The position numbers were made by a program, and so were the translations under genes. From positions 1-56,842 of the forward strand of contig DASCPX010000023.1 in NCBI GenBank assembly GCA_036012755.1: DNA of 56,842 bases. Direction: 5' to 3'. The notes beneath the pieces were generated by a model. That model saw only the letters and a program-made list of their open reading frames with translations. It did not search any database and was not told the DNA's origin. This DNA comes from Myxococcota bacterium. Its GTDB lineage: Bacteria; Myxococcota_A; UBA796; CAJQPC01. Shown one piece after another: positions 48,735-56,842 of this stretch. Within the stretch, counting starts at the first letter, position 1; each line of letters opens with the position of its first letter.

Positions 48735-50159
48735 ATGTCGATGTTGTTGGTCCTGGTCAGCTGCATGGCTTGTCGGCCAGGTACGACGGACGACGGCGAC
48801 TCGGAGCTCTGGACAGCCGCCGGCTGTGAGACCGAAGCGGAGGTGATGGGGACGATCGGCCAAGGCATCACGACCATGCCGACCGTGCTGGACGTGAGGT
48901 GGGACGAGCCCATCGAGGCGAGCGTCGTGTTCAAGGACCTCGACAGCGGCAGGGTGATGATCACACCGACCACGGACACCGGCTGGATGCTGCTGCTCGG
49001 CCTGCGTCAGAACACCGACGTGGAGTACCGGGTCGTGATGGACCAGGACGGCGAGGTGGTCTGTTCGGAGCCTCGGGAGGCCCACACCGGTGGGCTGCCG
49101 AGCTCGCTGCCGGCCCTGTCCGTGTCGATCCAGGACGCCGAGTCCTACACCGATGGGTGGGTGGCAGTCGCCGTCTACACCGAGAACGGACACTACGCCG
49201 CGATCATCGACAGGGAGGGCGAGTACGTCTGGGCGGTCGGCCCCCCCTTCGTTCGCGACCAGATCTCCCGAGCCGTGTTGTCGAAGGACCGGAAGCACGT
49301 GTTGCTGAACAGGTGGGCTTCATCCTCGGAGGAGATCGGCGCGATCGTCCAGGTGCCCATCGACGGCCGGGAGACGACGGAGACCATGGCCAAGGGCATC
49401 CACACCGACTTCCTGGAGATGGACGACGGGGGATTCGCCGCGATCGGTTGGGAGGTCCGGGACTTCGAGGAGGACGAGGGGACGCGACACATCCTCGGCA
49501 ACACCCTCGTCGAGCTCAACGGTGTGGACGAGCCAGAGGTGGTGTTCGACATGTTCGACCACTTCGACCCGGACCTGGACAACATCTACCCCCCGAGCGA
49601 CTACGAAGAGGACGTCGAAGACTGGTCCCACCTCAACGGGCTCTCCTACGACGAGGACTCGAGCGACTACTTCATCTCCCTCTTCGGTCTGGACGCCGTT
49701 GCGCGGATCGACGGCGCCACCGGAGCGCCCGAGTGGGTGCTGTCCGACTTCCACGGTGACTTCACCATCGAAGACGACGAGACGCTCATCCACAGCTCCC
49801 ACAGCGTGGAGTACCTGGGTGATGACCGACTCCTGGTCTTCAACCGCAGCGCGGTCTCTCCGCTGCGGGCTGAGATCGAGCAGGCGTCGACCGGGTGCTC
49901 GGAGGCGGTGGAGATCCAGCTGGACCTCGAGACGGGCTCGGCCTCGCGCGTGTGGTCCTACGCAACGGAAGAGTGCATGCCGGTGATCTTCCTGGGACAG
50001 GCGACACGTCTCGACGACGGCAACACCCTGGTCCTGTGGTCCTCGGCTGGGCAGATGGACGAGGTGACGCCGGACGGGGAGTCGGTCTGGCGAGTGAACA
50101 CGCGCGTCGGCGGGGCCATCGGCTTCGGGGGATTCGTCGACTCCTTCTACGCCGAGTGA
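48735..50159 (+). CDS. Aryl-sulfate sulfotransferase (ASST)-like beta-propeller lipoprotein
   Basis: MSMLLVLVSC lipobox; IIDREGEYVW, IHTDF, DWSHLNGL, later HSV..LGD..LLVFN, RLDDGNTL. Confidence 0.75.
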   Translation: MSMLLVLVSCMACRPGTTDDGDSELWTAAGCETEAEVMGTIGQGITTMPTVLDVRWDEPIEASVVFKDLDSGRVMITPTTDTGWMLLLGLRQNTDVEYRVVMDQDGEVVCSEPREAHTGGLPSSLPALSVSIQDAESYTDGWVAVAVYTENGHYAAIIDREGEYVWAVGPPFVRDQISRAVLSKDRKHVLLNRWASSSEEIGAIVQVPIDGRETTETMAKGIHTDFLEMDDGGFAAIGWEVRDFEEDEGTRHILGNTLVELNGVDEPEVVFDMFDHFDPDLDNIYPPSDYEEDVEDWSHLNGLSYDEDSSDYFISLFGLDAVARIDGATGAPEWVLSDFHGDFTIEDDETLIHSSHSVEYLGDDRLLVFNRSAVSPLRAEIEQASTGCSEAVEIQLDLETGSASRVWSYATEECMPVIFLGQATRLDDGNTLVLWSSAGQMDEVTPDGESVWRVNTRVGGAIGFGGFVDSFYAE

Positions 50160-51094
50160 CGGGCGGCCCCAGGCGACTGTCACCGTGGGCGCTGGCAGGC
50201 CTGGTGTTGGCTTGTGGCTGCGAGGGATGTGGCACGGGATCGGACGAGATCAGCGTGCTGCGGGACGCACAGAACTTCAGCTACTCCGCCGAGTTGGACG
50301 TCGAGGTGGTCACCGCCCAGGAGCTCACGAACGTCACGATCGACTGGACCGGCATCACGACGGACATTCGTGGCCGCCCGCTGGACCCCTACACGGACGT
50401 AGGCGACGCCCTGGTGCTGGTCTTCCCCAACCTGAGCCGGCAGGAGATCCTGGACGAGGTCAGCAACGACACCTTGAACCAGAGCGCAATCGGCGCCTAC
50501 TTCACCTGCGAGACGAGCGAAGGCAGCTGCAAGCTCGACGACTTCTGCATCTTCGGCAGCTGCCCGGGCCTCAGCGACAACTTCACCGCCGCAGAGGGCA
50601 ACTGGATGGTCGTCCTGCGCAGCGCGGAGGAGCAAGGGGCTCTCGCGATGGTCTTCGTCGAGCCGACCAGCACGGGCGAGGCCGTGATCTCCTTCGCCGA
50701 CGGGTCTTCCGAGATGACCCTCTCCGCAGACGTGACCTCGCCGAACGCGGTCTCGCTGACGGACTCGACAGAGCTCTCCTTCGACTGGAGCGAGCTGACG
50801 ACCGACGGCCTCGGAAACGACTTGGCGCTGCACCAGATCGACCAGCTCCAGGTCGCCTGGTACGACATGACGATCTCAGAGCTGGAGTCGCAGTTCCTGC
50901 TGATGGACGACCTGCCGGAGAGGACCTGGACCGTCCAGACGGAGAGCGCCTCCAGGGTCTCCATGGACGAGGCCAGCGGTGACACCGACTTCGACGGTGT
51001 GTCCGCCGACGGCACCTGGATCGTGGCGCTCCGCTGCACGACCTGCTTCAACCCGGTGCCGAAGTTCATCGGACAGCTCGAGCTGGAGCAGTAG
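50156..51094 (+). CDS. Hypothetical acidic lipoprotein (internal two-fold repeat, Cys pairs)
   Basis: GTG 50156 overlaps the upstream TGA; LVLAC lipobox; repeats IDWTGITTDIRG / FDWSELTTDGLG and GNWMVVLR / GTWIVALR. Confidence 0.75.
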   Translation: MTGGPRRLSPWALAGLVLACGCEGCGTGSDEISVLRDAQNFSYSAELDVEVVTAQELTNVTIDWTGITTDIRGRPLDPYTDVGDALVLVFPNLSRQEILDEVSNDTLNQSAIGAYFTCETSEGSCKLDDFCIFGSCPGLSDNFTAAEGNWMVVLRSAEEQGALAMVFVEPTSTGEAVISFADGSSEMTLSADVTSPNAVSLTDSTELSFDWSELTTDGLGNDLALHQIDQLQVAWYDMTISELESQFLLMDDLPERTWTVQTESASRVSMDEASGDTDFDGVSADGTWIVALRCTTCFNPVPKFIGQLELEQ

Positions 51095-51116
51095 GCGTCG
51101 AGCTATCGTCCGACCC

Positions 51117-52086
51117 ATGTGGTGGTTCATCGCGGCGTGTGCGGGCCCGGACCCGGTGGGCGAGTTCCCGGACAGCGCCACTGACAGCTCGATCGATGGA
51201 CCCGCGTGGCAGCAGCAGGCCTGGGTCCCCTGGCTCGAGATCCCTCCGCAGCGCGGGCTGGTCTTCGAGCTGGACGAGGACTTCTTCATCGAGGACACGA
51301 GCGTCCCGGCCATCCTGATCACCGATGACGGCGTGACGCTGCTGTTGACGGACATGAGCAACTGGGGGCGCGTCTCGCGCCCTGTCTTCGACCGATGGCG
51401 TGGACTGGAGCGACACCCCCCAGGCGCTGGTCGAAGCCGAGGACCTCGACGGGGCCTGTGGTCAGCACCTGGTGGACGCGGCCGTCGTCTACACCGACGA
51501 GGGTGGCTACCGGCTGTTGGTCGAGGGCCTGGACGAGTACGAGCGCCGCTTCTGCGCGCTGTCCTCTGCGGACGGCGTGCTCTGGACGAACGAGGGCGTG
51601 GCCTGGTCCGGCACCGAGCTCGACGAGAACAACATCTCGGTGCCAGAGATCCTGCGCCATCGAGACGGCCACTGGCTGCTGTACTACCTCGGTGACCTGG
51701 GCGACGGCGTCGGCGGCGGCGACAACATCCGGCTCGCTGCCAGCGGAGACGGCGTGACGTGGAGCTCGCGGGTGGCCGAGGGCATGCTCCCGGCTCACGA
51801 CACAGACCCCTTTCCTGTCTGGCTGACCGGCGGAGGCGTGCGGCTCTACCACACGCACCCCGTGATGCTCGGGCTCATCGGGGCCAGCGACAGCGCCGAC
51901 GGCGAGTCCTTCGAGAGCACCACCGATGTCGCCGGCCTGGACCCGAGCGCGACCCACCCGGAGGAGCTGTGGCTCGACCCGGTCGTGCTCCGGCTCCCGG
52001 ACGACAGGATCGTCGCCTACTTCACCCGCACCCAGCCCGACGGCGGGCAGGCCGTCGGTGTCGGGAGGGCCTGGGCGGTCGACTGA
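51117..52086 (+). pseudogene. Frameshifted Asp-box beta-propeller lipoprotein (glycoside-hydrolase-like fold)
   Basis: MWWFIAAC start in one frame; SxDGxxW repeats continue in the +1 frame. Removing one G from the G5 run at 51364-51368 fuses the two frames. Confidence 0.7.
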
Positions 52087-52093
52087 TGTCGGC

Positions 52094-53770
52094 TCAGGGT
52101 TCGAGCTCCTCCACCTGGAACTCCTCGGCCACCGCTGTCGCCTGCTCGAGATAGCCCAGGGCCTCCAGCGCCGCGGCCATCGAGGGCTCGAGCTGTCCCC
52201 CAGCCGCCTCGCGCGTCGCTCGACGCAGGGCCTCGGCCTGCGGCACCAGCGTGAGGGAGCCCTCCAGCCTGCCCTCCGCGTCGATGGTGAGGACCTCGCC
52301 ACCCTCTCGCAGGGTCGCAGAGAGGAAGCGCTCATCACCAGGGCGACCGAATGACAGCCCCCGCACCGCGACGCTCTCGACGAGCTCCGGCTCCACCTCG
52401 GGGGTCAAGGGCGCTGGAGCTTCGAGGCCACAGGCGACCGCCAGGGTGTCCGCGACGCGGCGGGTGCTCACCGCGGTGTCGACCGGCCCCGGTGTCCAGC
52501 CAGGACCGCGAACCAACAGCGGCACGTGGGTGATGTGCTCCCTGGAGTCGTGACCGTGGGTGAAGTAGCGACCGTCCTCGCCAAGGGCCTCGCCGTGATC
52601 CCCCACGACGATCAGCGTCGCTTCCGGAGGCATGCGCTCGACGAGCGACCCGGCGAGAGCGTCGAGGTCATCCAGTTCAGCCAGGTACTGGCTCACTCCT
52701 TGCTGCAGCAGCGGATGCTCGGGTCCGACCACCGAGCGGAGCTCCTCGGGGATGTCGACCGGGCCGTCCAGACCCTGGCGTCGCGCGGCCTCCAGGCTCG
52801 GCGTGTAGGGCCAGTGGGCGTCGTAGAGATGCACCCAGACGAAGGTCGGGCCGTCGGGCTCCAGGTCCACGAGCTCCAGCGTGTCCCCACCCACCCGGCC
52901 ATGCACGCTGCCTGGCAGGTTCCGGTAGCCGAGAAAGCGCAAGAGCGGGTGAGAGCGCGCCAGCCGCCCCACGAAGGTGGAGTCGAAGACCTCGAAGCCG
53001 CGATCGAAGCCCAGCGATGCGTCCAGCACCGAGGTCGAGACATAGGCCCGAGTGCTCCAGCCGGCCTCGCGCAGGCGCTCCGGCAGCCAGGGCAGCTCCG
53101 GAGGCAAGGCCTCGCCGTTGCTGGTGACGCCGTGCTCCCAGGGAGATCGACCCGAGAGCAGGCTGGCGTGGGCCGGCCCGGTGAAGCCGATCGGAGAGTG
53201 AGCCGCACGGAAGACGGTGGACTCCTCGGCCAGGGCCGACAGCCGGGGGCTGTGTGCTCGTGCCCCGGGCGTGTCGAAGTCGAAAGCGTCCCCGCGGGCG
53301 GTGTCCAGGGTGAGCAGGACGACGAGGCGGTCGGGTGCAGCCACCGGGGGGACGAGCTCGAGCCGCGGCACCAGTCGCGCGCCCATCGCCACGGAAGCGA
53401 CGAACAGCCCGGCGCCGATCCAGGGGGCCAGCCTGCCGCGGAGCAGCACGCCGAGGACCAGGACACCTCCGAAGACGCGGAAGCGCAGATCCGTGTCCGG
53501 CCAGGTACCGAGCGTGGCCTCTGGACTGAAGGTCGCGAGGAGCAAGAGCGCGGACAGCGGGAGGAGCCCGTAGCCCAGTGCACCCGCGCGATCGCCCGCG
53601 AGCAGCCCCGCAGCGAGCGCAGCGACGACGGCGGGCCCGACAGCGGCGACGAGCAGGAGCAACAACAGCTCCGCCGGCTGCAGGGCCACCGGCGTCCCCC
53701 CGCCCAGACACCACGCTCCGAGGGCACCGCCGCAGAGCGCGACAGTCCCCCCGAGCAGCGCCCGCCGCAT
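52094..53770 (-). CDS. Membrane-anchored sulfatase / alkaline-phosphatase-superfamily protein
   Basis: N-terminal TM bundle, LTLDTARGD, TGPAHASLLSG, VHLYDAHWPY, GDHGE, HVPL, C-terminal LEALGY. Confidence 0.85.
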   Translation of the reverse strand: MRRALLGGTVALCGGALGAWCLGGGTPVALQPAELLLLLLVAAVGPAVVAALAAGLLAGDRAGALGYGLLPLSALLLLATFSPEATLGTWPDTDLRFRVFGGVLVLGVLLRGRLAPWIGAGLFVASVAMGARLVPRLELVPPVAAPDRLVVLLTLDTARGDAFDFDTPGARAHSPRLSALAEESTVFRAAHSPIGFTGPAHASLLSGRSPWEHGVTSNGEALPPELPWLPERLREAGWSTRAYVSTSVLDASLGFDRGFEVFDSTFVGRLARSHPLLRFLGYRNLPGSVHGRVGGDTLELVDLEPDGPTFVWVHLYDAHWPYTPSLEAARRQGLDGPVDIPEELRSVVGPEHPLLQQGVSQYLAELDDLDALAGSLVERMPPEATLIVVGDHGEALGEDGRYFTHGHDSREHITHVPLLVRGPGWTPGPVDTAVSTRRVADTLAVACGLEAPAPLTPEVEPELVESVAVRGLSFGRPGDERFLSATLREGGEVLTIDAEGRLEGSLTLVPQAEALRRATREAAGGQLEPSMAAALEALGYLEQATAVAEEFQVEELEP

Positions 53771-53772
53771 CC

Positions 53773-55332
53773 TCAGCGGATCTTCGCCAGGGTCAGCTCA
53801 CCGAGCAGCATGTCGCCGGACATGTCGACCGAGCAGTCGCCCTGCAGCACGTTGTCGCTGATGCTGCCGCTGAGCTCCATCGGGACCGTCTCGGAGGAGT
53901 AGGTCAGCTTCCCCGTCATGAAGGCGAAGTCGCTGCCCGAGGTCCAGCCCTCGACGTCCCCGTTGATCTGCTCCATGCTGAACTCGAGCGTCATCATTCC
54001 CGAGAAGTCCGTGCCGCTCTGACTCCAGATGGTCAGCTCGATCGGCAGCGGCATCATGTAGTCCGGGTCGGACAGGTAGGCGGCCTGGCAGATGCCCTTC
54101 CAGGTCCCCTCCATCTCTGGTCCACCGTCGAGAAGGGCGATTCCGGCGCCACCTCCACAGCACAAGAGGACGCCTCCTACCGCCGTCACTCCCACGGCGA
54201 TCATGCCGCCCACCATGATGGGGCTTCGACCCTTCTTCTTCGGCTCCGCAGGCGGTGGTGGAAGATCCGGGACCGGATCCGGCGCGGCGACCGGGACGGG
54301 GTCCGGGACCGGGTCCGGCGCGGCAACCGGGACGGGATCCGGGGCCGCAGCGGCGGGCTTCTGCTTCAGGGGCTCCGAGACCACAGGGGTCGGCTCGGCG
54401 GCCTTTGGGAGCTCGCTGGCGACCGGCGGCAAGCTCGAGACGTCCAAGGTGACGGTCCCGGGCGGGTTGGTCCCAGTGGCCCGCCCGCGCGGGTCGGTCA
54501 GGGACTGGTCCTCTTCGAATCCCGTGGGCCGAGCGCGCCTGAAGAGCTGCAGCGCGGCAGCTCCGTCGGGGGGGCGCGCGTCGCGGTCCGTCACGGTCAG
54601 CTTCGCGATGACCTCCGCCAGCCAGGCTGGCACGTCGTTGCGCACGGTGCGTACGTCGTCTGCGCCGACACCCATGTGCCAGCCCATCTTGCGAGCCAGA
54701 TCTCCGTCAGGGCAGGCCGGACGTCCGGCGAGCATCTCCCAGGCCAACAGCCCCAGGCTGTAGACATCCGCCACAGGACCGCCACCCCCAGCGGTGAAGC
54801 GCTCGGGAGCGATGTAGTCCAGGGTCCCGCTGAGCTGCCCGGTCTTCGTCGCCTGCGTGTTGTCGGCGGCCCTGGCGATGCCGAAGTCCAGGACCTTCAC
54901 GCGACCGTCGATGCAGAGGAAGACGTTGCTGGGTTTCAGATCCCTGTGCACGACCTCGCGCTTGTGGGCGTACGCCATGCCGTCCAGGACGCTGTCGAGC
55001 ACTGCGACGGCGTCGCCGATGGAGATCGGCTTGCGCGCGATGTGGTCCGACAGGTCGGCGCCGACGAGCAGCTCGAGGACGAGGGCGAGCTGGGGCTCGA
55101 CGACGAGATCCCGGAAGCGCACGATGTTCGGGTGGTCCATCCGGTCCAGGCGGCGGCACTCGTTTCGCAGGGACTCCAGGAAGTTCGCGTCGTCCTTCAG
55201 AGCCGGGTGAAGGACCTTGACCGCCACCTGGAGCTCGGGGTCGTGGGCGTGGATGCCCCGGTAGACCTCTCCGTAGGTTCCGCTGCCCAACTTCTCCTTG
55301 AGGAGGTAGTGGCTGACGCGCTGCCCGATCAT
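53773..55332 (-). CDS. Hanks-type Ser/Thr protein kinase with Pro-rich linker, TM and extracytoplasmic domain
   Basis: LGSGTYGEV, VAVK, HRDLKPSN, DFG, YIAPE, DVYSLG. Confidence 0.95.
   Translation of the reverse strand: MIGQRVSHYLLKEKLGSGTYGEVYRGIHAHDPELQVAVKVLHPALKDDANFLESLRNECRRLDRMDHPNIVRFRDLVVEPQLALVLELLVGADLSDHIARKPISIGDAVAVLDSVLDGMAYAHKREVVHRDLKPSNVFLCIDGRVKVLDFGIARAADNTQATKTGQLSGTLDYIAPERFTAGGGGPVADVYSLGLLAWEMLAGRPACPDGDLARKMGWHMGVGADDVRTVRNDVPAWLAEVIAKLTVTDRDARPPDGAAALQLFRRARPTGFEEDQSLTDPRGRATGTNPPGTVTLDVSSLPPVASELPKAAEPTPVVSEPLKQKPAAAAPDPVPVAAPDPVPDPVPVAAPDPVPDLPPPPAEPKKKGRSPIMVGGMIAVGVTAVGGVLLCCGGGAGIALLDGGPEMEGTWKGICQAAYLSDPDYMMPLPIELTIWSQSGTDFSGMMTLEFSMEQINGDVEGWTSGSDFAFMTGKLTYSSETVPMELSGSISDNVLQGDCSVDMSGDMLLGELTLAKIR
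54265..54345 (-). repeat. Degenerate coding repeat (PDPVPVAA/PDPV) in the kinase linker
   Basis: APDPVPVAAPDPVPDPVPVAAPDPVPD visible in the translation and the DNA. Confidence 0.8.
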
Positions 55333-55399
55333 GGCTACTCCATCGAGTCAGCGAGGCTACACGAAAAACCCGACCTCGCGGCGCGTCCAGGGGCACTCC

Positions 55400-56263
55400 T
55401 TGAGCAAACACCCCCTCGCCATCAGGTGCGCCGACGGCTACCGACTCCGCGCGCTGGAGTTCCATCCTCGACAGTCCCGCGGCGTCACGGTCATCGTCGC
55501 CGCCGCCATGATGGTCCGCCGGCGCTTCTACACCCGCTTCGCGGCCTGGATGGCGGAGCACGGTGTGCACGCGGTCACCTTCGCCAACCGGGGCTCCGGA
55601 GAGTCCCTGGCCCTGGAGACAGGAAGCTGGGACCACCGGCTCGAGCACTGGGGGCAGCTGGACCTGCCGGCGGTCATCGAGCACGTCCGCGCAGAGCGAC
55701 CCCGAGACCGCATCTTCGTGGTCGGTCACAGCATGGGGGGGCAGATCGTGGGGCTCACGGAGAGCCTCCATGACCTCGACGGCGTGATCACAGTGGCAGC
55801 GACTGCGGCCTGGTGGGGGAACTGGCCCCTGCCCGACCGGCTGTGGATCCTCGCCTGGTACACGGCGATTCCGCTGATCGGCAGGGCCCTTCCGATCTTC
55901 CCGGCTGGCCGCCTCGGGCTCGGCCCCGACACCCGCTCAGAGGTCGTCCGAGGCTGGGCGAAGTGGGGGCGCCACCCTGCCTACCTCTACGGCCCCTTCG
56001 GGCTGGAGCACCACACGGCGACCTACGAGGGCCGCGTCCTGGCCTACAGCTTCACGGACGACGAGCACTTCGGCTGCCTGCACGCGGTCGAGGCCCTGCA
56101 TGAGCGCTTCACCGCCGCGGAGGTCACGATGGACCACGTCGATCCGCGGCGCTTCGGGGTCCGCTCGATCGGTCACTTCGGCTACTTCCAAGCCGGCGTG
56201 GGCACCCCCGTGTGGAGCCACACGCTGGACTGGATCACTGGAGGGAGTCCAGCTCCGCGCTGA
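55400..56263 (+). CDS. Alpha/beta hydrolase
   Basis: DGYRL, FYTRFA, DLPAVI, VGHSMGGQ, FTDD, IGHFGYF. Start uncertain (TTG 55400 chosen). Confidence 0.88.
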   Translation: MSKHPLAIRCADGYRLRALEFHPRQSRGVTVIVAAAMMVRRRFYTRFAAWMAEHGVHAVTFANRGSGESLALETGSWDHRLEHWGQLDLPAVIEHVRAERPRDRIFVVGHSMGGQIVGLTESLHDLDGVITVAATAAWWGNWPLPDRLWILAWYTAIPLIGRALPIFPAGRLGLGPDTRSEVVRGWAKWGRHPAYLYGPFGLEHHTATYEGRVLAYSFTDDEHFGCLHAVEALHERFTAAEVTMDHVDPRRFGVRSIGHFGYFQAGVGTPVWSHTLDWITGGSPAPR

Positions 56264-56840
56264 CCACCCCGTGCCGCTGTTGTACGAAGTACAGGAGGCT
56301 GTCGTTCGAGGGACCGAGGCGAGCGCGATCGGTCTCGGAGATGTGCGGATCGACGATCTCGGTGAGGGCCTCCAGCCGGGGCTGCAGGTAGTCGGGGTTC
56401 GCCAGCACCTCCACGACCTCTCGGTACTTCGCCAGGTACGCCGCCTCGACGTCGGGGTCCGCGAGCAGGCGATGGACCAGGGGTCTCTCGTTGCCCTCGC
56501 TCTCGTGCGGCGGGTCGTAGTCGTCACCGAAGAGCTCGAAGAACACCGACGCGGTCGTTCCCATCTGGTTGAAGGTGGCGTCGACGTTGGGGTTGAAGGT
56601 CCCGTCGAGGTCCCAGGGGATGAAGACCACGCGCCGCGGGCCCTCGTAGAGCCAGTAGTTCTTGGGCCGCTGGGGGTAGGAGTCCCAGTTGGCGATGAAG
56701 TTCGAGACCACGAGGTAGGCCAGGAAGGACTGGACCTCGAAGCTCTCCTCGAACCAGGCGGGATCGCTCTGGGCCAGCCCGTCGATGAAGCTACGCAGCA
56801 CGCCGAAGTCCCCTGGCGCGTCCTTGTGGTTGGTCTTCTT
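56235..56840 (-). CDS. CotH kinase family protein (3' part; continues beyond the window)
   Basis: NWDSY, NYWLY, FIPWDLDGTF motifs; frame open to the window edge. Confidence 0.88.
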   Translation of the reverse strand, partial: KKTNHKDAPGDFGVLRSFIDGLAQSDPAWFEESFEVQSFLAYLVVSNFIANWDSYPQRPKNYWLYEGPRRVVFIPWDLDGTFNPNVDATFNQMGTTASVFFELFGDDYDPPHESEGNERPLVHRLLADPDVEAAYLAKYREVVEVLANPDYLQPRLEALTEIVDPHISETDRARLGPSNDSLLYFVQQRHGVVSAELDSLQ

Positions 56841-56842
56841 CT

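Noticed and set aside
54628..54641. TGGCACGTCGTTGC as a sigma-54 promoter
   Set aside because: GG-GC spacing is 9 rather than 10, and it lies inside the kinase CDS.

Overview
High-GC bacterial chromosomal window. Gene content and acidic secreted proteins suggest a Myxococcota/deltaproteobacterial lineage (inference). The left two-thirds is mostly core housekeeping on the minus strand: cobU, rpoN, pyrG, kdsB, rpsI-rplM, truA, an Asd-like gene, tsaB, rseP-cdsA-uppS-frr-pyrH-tsf-rpsB (with a t44/S2 leader), secA with an M23 peptidase and a PP2C phosphatase, a GlrK/GlrR-like two-component pair split by an Fe-S gene, and rsmA-tsaD. A small decaying accessory block (ECF sigma, broken anti-sigma/beta-barrel chimera, His-rich membrane protein, CPBP protease, pseudogene) lies between rpsB and secA. 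The right third is rich in predicted lipoproteins and surface proteins, plus sppA, a sulfatase-fold protein, a Ser/Thr kinase and a partial CotH kinase. No rRNA, tRNA, CRISPR array or integrase/transposase was recognised. The most interesting signals are: (i) recurrent ultra-short signal peptides (Cys at residue 8-10) with no basic n-region; (ii) a surface protein fused to a beta-barrel through an internal MYXO-CTERM/signal-peptide-like helix; (iii) a translationally coupled pair of an 11-mer-repeat apolipoprotein-like protein and a GTPase-less dynamin-like membrane protein; (iv) a perfect, inversely oriented sigma-54 site just upstream of rpoN; (v) a small very basic protein with a near-consensus sigma-70 promoter. 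All family calls come from motif recognition by eye; no database searches were run.
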